Shown: positions 51,201 to 61,700 of the stretch, one piece after another
Layout: every line of letters begins with the position of its first letter
Position numbering within the stretch: the stretch's first letter is position 1
Origin: Lingula anatina
Taxonomy: Eukaryota; Animalia; Brachiopoda
Reading direction: 5' to 3'
Assembly (NCBI GenBank): GCA_051362555.1
Contig: CM120647.1
Coordinates: 2,480,001 to 2,544,000 of the forward strand
DNA length: 64,000 nt
Position numbers and translations under genes: made by a program
The notes under the pieces: model-generated
Databases searched by the model: none
Told to the model about the DNA's origin: nothing
The model's input: only the letters and a program-made list of their open reading frames with translations

Positions 51201-52676
51201 GATGAGCATGCGTTTCGAGTCTTAGAATGTGACCACTTTGACAGGTGACGTGCCGAAACTGAGCCGCGTCCTTCAAACTCCTACCCCTTCCATCACCGGC
51301 CATGATAACGTCTGCACCTACTGTCACCAGTATCCTAAGACCTTACGATAACTTCTACACCTACCGTCACCAGTATCCTAAGACCTTATGATAAATTCTA
51401 CACCTACCGTCACCAGTAACCTAAGACCTGATGATACCTTCTGCACCTACCGTCACCAGTATCCTAAGACCTTATGATAACTTCTGCACCTACCGTCACC
51501 AGTATCCTAAGACCTTATGATAACTTCTGTACCTACCGTCACCAGTATCCCAAGAAAACGATTACTTCTGCAACTACTGTCACCTGTATCCCAAGACAAC
51601 GATAACTTCTGCACCTACCGTCACCAGTATCTGAAGACCTAAAGAAAATTCTGCACCTACCGTCACCAGTATCCCAAGACCGGAAGATATTTTCTGCGCC
51701 TACCGTCACCAGTATCTGAAGACCTAAAGAAAACTCTGCACCTACCGTCACCAGTATCTGAAGACCTAAAGAAAATTCTGCACCTACCGTCACCAGTATC
51801 TGAAGACCTAAAGAAAACTCTGCACCTACCGTCACCAGTATCTGAAGACCTAAAGAAAACTCTGTACATACCGTCACCAGTATTCCAAGACCTGAAGATA
51901 ACTTCTGCACAGCTCTAGATTTATAGCGTCGCTTCACATACTGCAAGGAATTGAACAGAATTGATAAATTATTGTTGGGACTGCGACACTGGCACCTTTG
52001 TCCTGGGCACAGTTGTTGTTGTTGTTGTTGATACATAAAAAGTCCAATACATGCCGAAGACTGGATTATATCATGAACTAACTGTGCACATATTGCTTTT
52101 CAAACTAACTAGCAATTCGAGCAATTTTATAATTTAATTTACTTTATCTTATCACCACAGTAGATCGGGCCCACAGTAAATCGGGGAGGGGACAGTGTTT
52201 ATTCAAAATTGATAGTAAATATATAGATCAAATGATAGATAGATTAAATAAAAATATAAATTGATATATGTATTGATTATTCCTGTTATTATTTATCAAC
52301 CAATTCTGTGTAGGTCGTCACCACCCACCTGGAAGGCGCTCACCAGCCTCAGGCCCCGGATGAAGGGGATAAAGAACACTGCCACTATCACGAAGGACAC
52401 TATGGACGAAATATTAAACAAGGCCAGCTGAGAACCGTACAGAAAGACCTCGGCGGGATAGCCGAGGATAGAGATGGCGGAGTAATACGAGACGATCAAA
52501 GACAGCGTGACGGGGAGCAGATTCATCTTCTTGTCGGCTAGAAGATACTCCTTGGTCGTGCGCTGGTGACCCCCAGTTAAGGAAAAATAAATCCCGATGG
52601 CGATCGAGATCAGGAGAATTACAACGATCACAATGTAATCTACGACACCGAGTGTGTTCCTCAGTACAACTGTCAT
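39278..52676 (-). CDS. SLC5A8-like: Sodium:solute symporter, SLC5 family, SMCT/NIS/SMVT (SLC5A5/6/8/12) group; 15 coding exons, 641 aa
   Basis: Exons 52329-52676, 51872-51940, 51009-51060, 50173-50240, 49719-49799, 49018-49091, 48551-48691, 48234-48369, 47624-47712, 47098-47216, 45098-45168, 44507-44593, 43775-44073, 40988-41088, 39278-39468. All GT-AG and phase-continuous (1926 nt including stop). Motifs: DYIV..ISIAIGIYF, EYLLA..M..LPVTLSL, SAISILGYPAEVFLYG, YAPALA, GGMKAVLWTD, DPSPTTRHTFW, QANVQR, NQLLPHFVM, PGLFVSSLLSGSLSS, GPLSGIFLLG, LYAVSYIHY. Exact orthology within the subfamily cannot be determined here. Confidence 0.93.
39545..39765. mobile_element. Degenerate foldback/MITE in the last SLC5 intron
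   Basis: gctgaccaaatatggccgaccctactcaaaaacagc versus gctgcttttcagtgggtcagccatatttactcagc; cgcctccatacgc versus gcgtgtggaggcg. Shares motifs with 24925-25240. Confidence 0.6.
41040..43747 (-). repeat. 58-bp tandem array (~46 units, some shortened, with a 680-bp higher-order repeat) derived from the SLC5 intron 13/exon 14 junction
   Basis: Minus-strand unit ttgttatttcag|catggggttggacaacctgtacgccgtctcttacatccactactcc is the acceptor plus the first ~46 nt of exon 14 (MGLDNLYAVSYIHY). Identical ORFs at 42405-42638 and 43085-43318 show a 680-bp period. Confidence 0.95.
45598..46845 (+). mobile_element. Diverged, 5'-truncated third copy of the Helentron/HINE-like element, opposite orientation, in SLC5 intron 10
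   Basis: aattgtcatttattaatgacgaa...ctggggagataat..aacatctcc (block B) and ccctggacatctgttatcaccttgccttggtcaa...catttgctacataaatacaattaaatatcttaattgcagttttt (block A), around a third, different interior. Confidence 0.7.
47332..47549. mobile_element. 218-bp MITE with 5-bp TSD
   Basis: TIR cagtggcggat / atccgccactg; TSD gttat at 47327-47331 and 47550-47554. Confidence 0.88.
50826..50981. mobile_element. Near-perfect palindromic (hairpin) MITE
   Basis: accagggctccgtatctcgaaaggttcgctatgttgcgcacgtgcgttagtgtctcgattccat and its reverse complement, with ~64-bp arms and 2 mismatches. Confidence 0.88.
51305..51910 (-). repeat. 41-43-bp tandem array (14 units) derived from the SLC5 exon 2 end plus splice donor
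   Basis: Minus-strand unit gcagagttttctttaggtcttcagatactggtgacg|gtaggt versus the authentic exon end gcagaagttatcttcaggtcttggaatactggtgacg|gtatgt. Confidence 0.93.
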
Positions 52677-53020
52677 CTCTGCTGAAATCAAACAAGATGT
52701 ACGGTTTATCTTACAGCACTCATTTTACGTGCATATGAACTGGTTTTAAAAGCGTCTAAAAGAAAATTACACATAAAAAATTCGTATCCCAAAACATTAA
52801 AAATATGTTCATTTTTAATGTATACATATATAAGACAAAGTACAATAGAAATAACGATGCCTTCTACATTATACATGGCACAGGGCCAGGTTGAAGGATG
52901 TCGCAGTATCAACATACATGTAGCACAGGCTCTGTGATAGGACCGGGCAATACAGGGGAGAGCTTTATACACGTAGAGCACAACAGGTCATATCACTGCC
53001 CTCCATTAAACCACTGTGTA

Positions 53021-53676
53021 AAGCCAAGATTACATTTGCCATACGATGTCCGCCCGCTGCTCGTATACTGCCCTTAAATCCCGGAGGCACTAGGCGGCCG
53101 TGAGAAATCATAGCCCCTTGTAGCCCGAACGATTTTATCAAGCTGAACGTTTTGACAATTTTTTTGAGATCGTAAGCCCGTAGGAAGTAGCATTATCAGA
53201 GATGGCATTTCACAGTTCCCGCACGCTCGTTGTTCGATGGGCTTGCTATAATCGTGATAGTTAGTTCAACCCGTGGTTGGTCTCTTTCCCTTCCTTTTTT
53301 GGTTGTAAGAGGCATACCAATAGTAAAGATGTTTCAAACTAAGCGTTATTCACTTGCATATATTTTAAATCGTGAGTTTCCTTAATATGAATAAATGGGT
53401 GAAAATAATCGTAGGGGGCTGCACCAACAACGCATCTATCTTTGAGGAAGCCGCAAGAAAGGTGTTCGGCAACTGCGCTGAGACTGTTACTTTTCAACCG
53501 AAAACCGACTGTAAGCTACTTGACCTCGCCGTCAGCTCGGAGACATGACACTGTACCCGCACGTAATGTAAACGTACTCGCCGTAGCACGTAGCCACTTG
53601 CAATGTAAAAAAAAAACGTACCGAAAATCGTCTACTATCTAATCGTGCGGTGCCCGTGGTAAATGTTATCAAGGCT
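53021..53676. mobile_element. Longer, diverged member of the 24679-24921 TIR family
   Basis: aagccaagattacatttgcca ... tggtaaatgttatcaaggct, with shared subterminal motifs. Confidence 0.6.
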
Positions 53677-55319
53677 GCGACAATCTCTTTAAATATTATA
53701 TATGGCGAATACTTGTTATTGAAGTTGTACCTGAAAGTGTTTCAGCAAGGTATAAACTGGTAGATCATTAAGATCTCTCAACTTAAAGTTTGCGACCTGT
53801 AAATTTTCATAGTCTCGAAAAATGAATGGCATTGGACAGAACCCATCGTTTTTTTCCTTAGGAACAATCAGGCAGTTCAGCATATGCCAGATCTTTGGTT
53901 CTAATTGCGACAGAAGCCTATACATGGTGTGCAGGCACATGTAGCTTCACAATACACACGTAACAAAGACTGCAAAGCTGCACACCCAATATACTGTCTA
54001 TGGCGAAACCAATGTGGAAACTTACCTTCTCTGGTCTCCCTCTGCCAAACGTTCCTATTCACTCGTCGGTTAGGCGGTTTTATCAGGATTAAGATTGAAC
54101 GCAGTCAACTGATTAAGAAGGAGGTCGATGTTTGAAGTTGGTTGCGTCTTGCACAGTTGTCATTTCACTGTTTGAACAAGATGTTTGGTGATCTTGGGTG
54201 TTATCTCTTGGCCGGTGTTCACACGGTCCATGATATAGACCAAACCACGCCAGACTTTCTACTTAGGTCTTAGCCCCAAGTAGAGTGAATACAAAGTGTG
54301 GACCATAGGGTTCCTGCACCCTGCATCCAGCTCTCCTGTTCCAATGTCTCCCTGGCTGGCTCAATATAGGCAACGCAGAACAAAAGTCCCTTTTCACAGC
54401 ACTCCACTAGTTTTAATTTGAATGAACCGTCGGTTGCCATTGCACTCGAAGTACATACAGACGGATGTCACCAACAATGTACACTCAAACACCATATCTA
54501 CCTTCAACTATTTCTCCGCCTAATATGAACATGAACGTATTCTTTACAAAGCGGTTAGTACTTCAGTAACTCCAGCTTTGGTGGAACCGTTTCAGTCTTG
54601 GAGCTGCAAGTTTTTAAACAAGAAAATGTTATAAAATGGTTAATTATAATAAATATATGATAATATAGATTATAAAAACAAATTCTATAATAAATTGGTA
54701 GAATAGTTTCATTACTTATTTTCAATTTCATGTTAAGACATGCATCTTTAAAGAATATTTGGCGCCAGCTTTACAATAGGCCTGCACACATGCCTGACTC
54801 TATGTGTCCAATGTACTAGAGTTTAGCGCCTCAAAATCCCCTACTGGCACCACCTGCACCGTGATTCGACAACTAGTTAAAGCCACGTGGCCGGTTCCAA
54901 TCCTGGCAGTTCCACGGCATAATGCATTGAGCAGAGAATTGATTTCATAATTGGGAACAGATATAACGTCTTTTTTTTAATCATCAATACACAACTCCTA
55001 CAAGACATTTTAAGACATTAAAACAACATCGTCTTGTCCTTAATGTTGTCCATACTACTCACACTCTCTTCCTTCAAAATTATCAGAAAACTCTTCCATT
55101 TCCGCGTCATCCATCTGGCCAATGTATCCATAGATACACCTTCCTACAAAAGGCATGATAAGTACTGGGTCTTGCCGGTCATCTAACCCCTAATCAACAG
55201 CAGAAGAAAAATAATAGTGCAGTTTTTTCTCTTTGTGGTTCTATGTGTGGTTTAATGGAAATATTTTGTATATTCTTACAAATCACAAGTATAATATTGG
55301 CTCTGACAGGATCAGGAAA

Positions 55320-55490
55320 GATTGGGAGGGGGCAGTCATTATTTCTGTAGTATAAACACCAGGCCAGGATTGGGAGGGGGCAGCCATTATTTCTGTAGTA
55401 TGAACACCGGGCCAAGATTGGGGGGCAGTCATTATTCCTTGGGGATGAACATTAGCCTAAGATTTTGGGACAGTCATTATTTCTGTCTCG
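55320..55490. repeat. Degenerate ~47-bp tandem repeat, 3-4 copies
   Basis: gattgggagggggcag(t/c)cattatttctgtagtat(a/g)aacacc(a/g)ggcca. Confidence 0.75.
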
Positions 55491-55504
55491 TGAACTATAA
55501 AACA

Positions 55505-56975
55505 AGGTCTATCTATGTGCTGTATTACGTAGGTCAATTTATGCACTGTATTATCAAGGTCTATCTATATATATATACTGCATTATGTAGGTCTATCTAT
55601 ATACTGTTTTATTAGGTCTATCTATGTGCTGTATTATCAATTTCTATCTATGTGCTGTATTATCTAGGTCTATCTATGTGCTGTATTATCTAGGTCTATC
55701 TGTATACTGTATTATCTAGGTGTTTTTGCATTATCTAGGTCTATCCATATCCTTTCTAATTTAAGTCTATCTATGCACTGTATTATCTAGGTCTATCTAT
55801 ATACTTTATCATCTAGGTCTTTCTATATACTTCATCATCTACGTCTATCTATATAATTTTTATCTAGGTCTATCTATATATTTTATTATATAGGTTTGTC
55901 TACATGCTGTATTTTCAAGATCTATACGCTATATTATCTAGATCCATATACTGCATTATATACAGTTACATAGATACCCCTAGATGATACAATATATAGA
56001 TAGACCTTTATAATAGAATCAATAAATAGACCTTGATAATACAGTAAATTGACAGATGTAGATAATAAACGATATACATGTAGATAATACAGCATATAGG
56101 CAAACGCACATAATTAGGATATAGATAGACTTAGATAATGAAGTATGTAGACAGACCTAGATAAGAAAGGATATGGATCTAGATAATACTGCATATATAT
56201 ATAAATATATAGATAGACCTAGATAATGCAGTATATGGATCTAGATAATATTATTATTATCTAGGTCTATTTATGCACTGTATTACCTAGGTCTATCTAC
56301 AAACTTACAAACTTCATTATCTAGATCCATATAATGTATTATCTAGGTTTACTTATGTTCTGTATTATCTAGGTCTATCAATATATGTTATTATCTAGGT
56401 CTCTCTGTATACTCCATTATCTAGGTCTGTCTATATATTTTATTAGCTAGGTCTATGTACATACTGTATTACCTAGGTCTATGTATATACTGTATAATTT
56501 ATTTTTTTATATACTTTATTATCTAGGTCTTTATACTTCGTCTAGGTCTGTCTATATGGTGTATTATCGATATGTCTATCTATAAACTTTATTATATTCG
56601 TCTATCTACATACTTCATCATCTACGTCTATCTATATAATTTTTATCTAGGTCTATCTACATACTGGATTATCTAGGTCTTTTTATATCCTTATTATCTA
56701 GGTCTGTCTATATGGTGCATTATCTATATGGTTCATTATCTAGGTCTATCTATATCCTTACTATCTAGGTATATCTATATGGTGTATTATCTATTTGGTT
56801 CATTATCTAGGTCTTTCTAAATCCTTTATAATCTTAGTCTATCTATATTCTGTATCATCCTGGTCTATCTATGTACTTTATTATCTAGGCCTATCTACAT
56901 ACTTTATTATCTAGGTCTGTCTATACTGTATGCTGTATTATCAAGATCTATATCCTTTCTTATCTAGGTCTGTCA
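55505..56975. repeat. AT-rich degenerate ~27-bp satellite with an internal inverted block
   Basis: Core tattatctaggtctatctat(a/g)t(a/g)ctg in forward orientation at ~55505-55960 and ~56251-56975, and reversed (tagatagacctagataat) at ~55970-56250. Confidence 0.85.
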
Positions 56976-59900
56976 ATATGCATGTATACAGAAGTTATCT
57001 CACCCTAGCCTCACTGCTGGCTATTCCAACCACTGTGACCGCACCACGCCCAGCTGAAATATGATAGTGCATACAGGTTATCCAAACAGCTCTGGACGAA
57101 TGTAGAAGATACAAAACATTGAACTACTTATATACACGTCTGAAATATGTAAATGGCAGAGAAAAAACTGCTTTCCTACCTCTTATATGGCGTGTTTAAT
57201 TCCTTGTGAACTAACCAGGTGCATAATTGGTTTTTACTGGCTGTTTGTACTCACAGCCTGTGGCCAGTGGAAAGTGCCCCCTTAAATTGATATTGAAAGT
57301 GGTACTGGGGAAAATTTCTAATTCATCAATACTTTACCTAAATATATGAATGTGCCCAGAATGATTTTATACCCCCATTGTAGTTGTATAGAAACCTTCA
57401 AGAAGGTTTTGGATATTCCAGGTTTTTACATGTCTTATGTGAGGCTGCTATGGTTACTGTGTTACAGGTTGTCTTTGCCCAGTATGAAATTAGTTGATGT
57501 CATGTTATTAAGATTTAAAGGCATTCTCTATGTACACTAAATAACTCATGGATCATTTAAATCGCCATGTTTTTCTCTAATATGAGTGGACTATTGACAC
57601 AAGGTGCAGTTACTTGAGAGTTTTATCATTTTAAATGTCTAAATAATGTAAAACACTCAGCCTTGTATCGTATTTAGACGAAGTTTAACTTGATCTCTGG
57701 TGACCTTGAAAGTACTAACAAATGATTGGGGGTACCTCACTTAGCAGGAGTTGATACTTAAAACATGTTTCTGTGACATTGGGTTACCAAGATAGGTATG
57801 GACTTTAAGGTGATCTCGACCCGCCCCATTAAATAGTAGCCATTTTGGATTTTCGCCAAAATAGGGACTCTGCCAAAATAGGGATTCACGGGAATTTTTT
57901 TTTTTTTTTGCCTACAACGGACTCACTTGAGAAACCTTTGTCACCATTTTTTGCCAACCTCAGTGGAGAAAATATGCGCGTTTACTGGCTAAGGCTGCCA
58001 AGCTGTATTACGACTGCCGACTAACCAATACTTTGTCTGTCATAACTCAGACATTCATTCAAAGTTTGTTTACGATTTTTATCCTTGGTTAGGTGGATGC
58101 AACACAGATAATAATGTTTACTTTCTAAAGGACGCCGTGTTCTGATAAGTACTGGTTTTCTCTGGAATTGGTTGATGAACAGGTCTTCCCCTGGCGGCCA
58201 ACGAGGGAAATGCAATTCATAATGATGTTGAAGTTAATGAAATTCTCGGGAAAATGGAAAATAATCTCTATAAAACAATGTGCATGCCGCTGATTATGTT
58301 ACAGAAGGTACACACGTTTTACATTTGAATTAGTCTTAGTTGCATTTACCCTCACTTGATCTAATTCAATAATCTTTATCTTCCTTCCCAGGAGTGCTTT
58401 GCCTCCTTATCGACTGTAGTTCAAAATCGGTTTTACCAGAGGCTGTAAAGAATTTTAGCTGTTTAAGTAATCTAGCTGTTAATCTGCTGTACGACAGCAA
58501 TGAAAAATCGTTCTCAGGCCATGTAAAAACAGCACATTGTCACATATTCCATAATATTTATTTTCCAAAATGTTTTCGCAGCGAAAGTATCAATGAAATA
58601 TTGCCTCCTCCTACTTTCATATGGTGGGTGTGGGACTGTTTTTTTTCACCTGCCTCTATACCCAAGACAGGGGCAAACGGTAGGTAGTAAAATAGCGTCA
58701 CATTTCAAAAAATTAATTTTAACGTATACAGATTGACCCTTTGAAGCATCATGTAGGTAGTTATAATAAGGACCACACTGACGGGAAGAAGATGTGATGA
58801 TAGTAGACAATTTGCCCTGACCACGTGTTTATCATGACAATGTGACATGAAGAACCAATGTTGAGATTTAAAGGTTTTCTGCACTTATCTCCATAAGTAT
58901 CCTTAGGGCCGAGGACAGCTTTTGGGCAGCTTTGGATTTATAGCACCGTTCCATATAGGCTACTGGAAGAAGGTGAACACTGCAAGCGCATCAAGTACCT
59001 ACATCTACATACCCACATACACCAGCACCCACACCCCCGTGCCGCGAGACGAGACCCCCACTGGACCAACAGCTCTCGACTAAACTGTAAGCTGTAGTCA
59101 GTTCACGAACTAATAGATCCAAAGTGTGGGTTATAACCGGTTGTTTGGGCAATGCAACAGTTTTGTTTCAGTAAAGTTGACCCAGGGAAGCTCTGAATAA
59201 AGGTGCAAAAACTCATTTCATTCATCATTTTTTTTTGGTTATTTCCGGTTATACAGCATGCATCACTATTTGCCAGATAATATCGTGGTTATGATTGAAC
59301 CAGTGGTCACAATTTTCAACTTTCTCACATAAGGCGATGGTAAACATGGCTTTGCAGGTCTATAAATTCAGCACCATGAAATATAATTTCCCATCAGGTC
59401 TTCAATACTCCAACGAAAAAAACTTTTATCACATGAGAATGATGCTCAGTTTACATGTGGAACTATCTATTTGTTTATTCGTGGGTTTTATCAAGTTTTG
59501 GGTCGAAGTTGACTGGTTAAAAGGCACGCCGCCGTGTGAAGTGGATGTCCCCAGATGTGCCTTCCCTGCAGTGTCACCGGCTTGGAACACCTGCTTAGTC
59601 ACAGTGGGCTTCGTTCACACTGGACTGAGATCAACCCGGTGTGACAGGAATGGTAGCCCATATCCCATTACTTTATATAGGCAACATTCGCCCCATATCC
59701 TGCCCCCCATTCTTCGACTAACCCTAACCCGTGCTAACCATACGGGACCCCGGGGTGGGGGTGGGGGTGGGGGGCTGAGAACAGCGCGACATGCTAGAAT
59801 AGTTGAGTTAGGCTGCTAACTAACTAACTAACCAACAGATGTAAAAACAGCCTTCTTGGTGACGGCAATAAAACACGTGACTTAAAATTCGCTTTAAAAA

Positions 59901-61372
59901 ATTATAATAATGATTAAAAACTGCCGCCGAATAAAAAAATACTTGATTTAATCGCTATAGACATCAGCTCCATGTAAACTAGGATCTATGAACAAGTCGA
60001 CTAGGTTGTACTGAAGAAAAAAAGCAGATCAAGACAGCTTTTCATAAAAATGTTCAATGACTGAATAAAAGACAGGCACGTTAGCAGCATTCTCTCTCGC
60101 GAATAGGACAGAAAAATATAACAACAGACGGCGCACAATACGCACTCATCCACAGCCCCTCCCCCCTCCTCCCTCCCCCCCTCCCCCCCCCTCCCCCGTC
60201 CAAACATCACTGCATACGGAAGAAACACACAAAAATACAGACATCTGAGGAGGAGAGTGCATCTTAACCAGAACAAAGGTAAAAAGTTTAACATAAAAAT
60301 CAATAATACAAAAGTTTGAACTTACCACGGCCGTAGCGGTGACGGTAAAGATAATGTCCCGCCGTTTTGGGTAGCACAATGAGTATAAACTGAAAATCAA
60401 ATGATAATTAAAACACCTCAGACATATAACAATGACACTTGCACCAAATTTCCAGGGGATTTTTCGGTGAAAAGTGGGCCATCAATACCTCAGACTACTC
60501 AGTGAGTATCCTTTCATCTTTCAACGTTTTAATTTAGGGGAATTTAAAATTATCTAGGAAGTTAGTGCGGACAGTGCTAACACATTTTGGAATTAAAATG
60601 CGACCTGCAAGTCTCATTATGAAAAAATACATATTAAGGGCCGCATATCCTTATGGAAAGAGCCCGACGCGGGGTTGGTTGCTTACATATCGTTTGACGG
60701 GTGAAAGGATGACCATATTAACGTGCAGAGTATAAGGTATTATCGTATACGACAAAGAAACCAAGTACATGCATGAGTTGTTTATGTAAGGAAATTACAT
60801 CGAAATTTAAGTCCCAATGAAGCGCCATAATTGCTGACCTGAGCCAAACACTCTGTAGACACAGTCGCTCACCACATCACACCAGACATCAGAGACATCA
60901 GAGACCGAGAACTGGGGACGACAGATAGAGGCCATGTCACGGTGTTCATTCCTTTATAGTTCATTAGTTGGTTTAGGAACAGTGGCCTTTGTCTGTTAAT
61001 TTATGTAACAGTACTGAGAGAAAAATTGTTTTCACTACACTGTTTTATTTTTATTCCTGCCTTCATAATAACAATGGATCGATGAATAAAACCCTGAGCT
61101 GAAACAAACAGAGTACAAAGTAAACCTTACCTTGTCACATTACAGCTAGAACTGGCAACAAAGCTTACTAAGATCTTGTAAACCGACCGTATGTAGAGGT
61201 CGTCAAGAGGAGAGAAAATAATTTAACAGGGTTAATTGAAGAATGAGATTCAGCAGATGTTAATCGACATAAAGGTACCAGAACTCTGGCAAGTCGTAAT
61301 AAATTATACAATTTGCTTTAGTTTTCATATCCGTTTATTTCGACAGCAGTTAAGAAGGGCCAGAGGAGCACC

Positions 61373-61540
61373 TGGTGCCTGCTTTGCCTGTGTACAGTTT
61401 GGCTATGGTGCCTGCTTTGTCTGTGTACAGTGTGGCTATGGTGCCTGCTTTGCCTGTGTACAGTGTGGCTATGGTGCCTGCTTTGCCTGTGTACAGTGTG
61501 GCTATGGTGCCTGCTTTGCCTATGTACAGTGTGGCTATGG
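61373..61540. repeat. 33-bp minisatellite, 5 copies
   Basis: tggtgcctgctttgcctgtgtacagtgtggcta unit. Confidence 0.93.
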
Positions 61541-61542
61541 CG

Positions 61543-61700
61543 GCATTCAGAACAGTGGACTGACTAGTCCGAGGGTCAAATATGACCCACCCACTTGAAT
61601 ACTTACCCACGGGGAATCTACTCATTGTTTATCATCGGATTAGACTTTTTAATAGCGTGCCATATTTGACCCGCGGGCTAGTGTCCACTGTTCTGAATGC
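61543..61700. mobile_element. Small MITE with ~40-bp TIRs
   Basis: gcattcagaacagtggactgactagtccgagggtcaaatatg versus catatttgacccgcgggctagtgtccactgttctgaatgc. Confidence 0.8.

Noticed and set aside
59718-59730. ctaaccctaaccc telomere-like motif (also ~15576)
   Set aside because: Only two units; this is common inside invertebrate repeats and not an interstitial telomere.
54020-61135. Minus-strand gtaag donors at ~54025, ~60325 and ~61130 as 5' UTR exons of SLC5
   Set aside because: Plausible, since the ATG exon has an upstream acceptor, but non-coding exons cannot be verified from sequence alone.
61236-61625. Cys-rich ORF (GACFACVQCGY)n as a metallothionein- or keratin-associated-like protein
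   Set aside because: It is a 33-bp minisatellite, open in several frames on both strands, running into a MITE, with no splice or start context.
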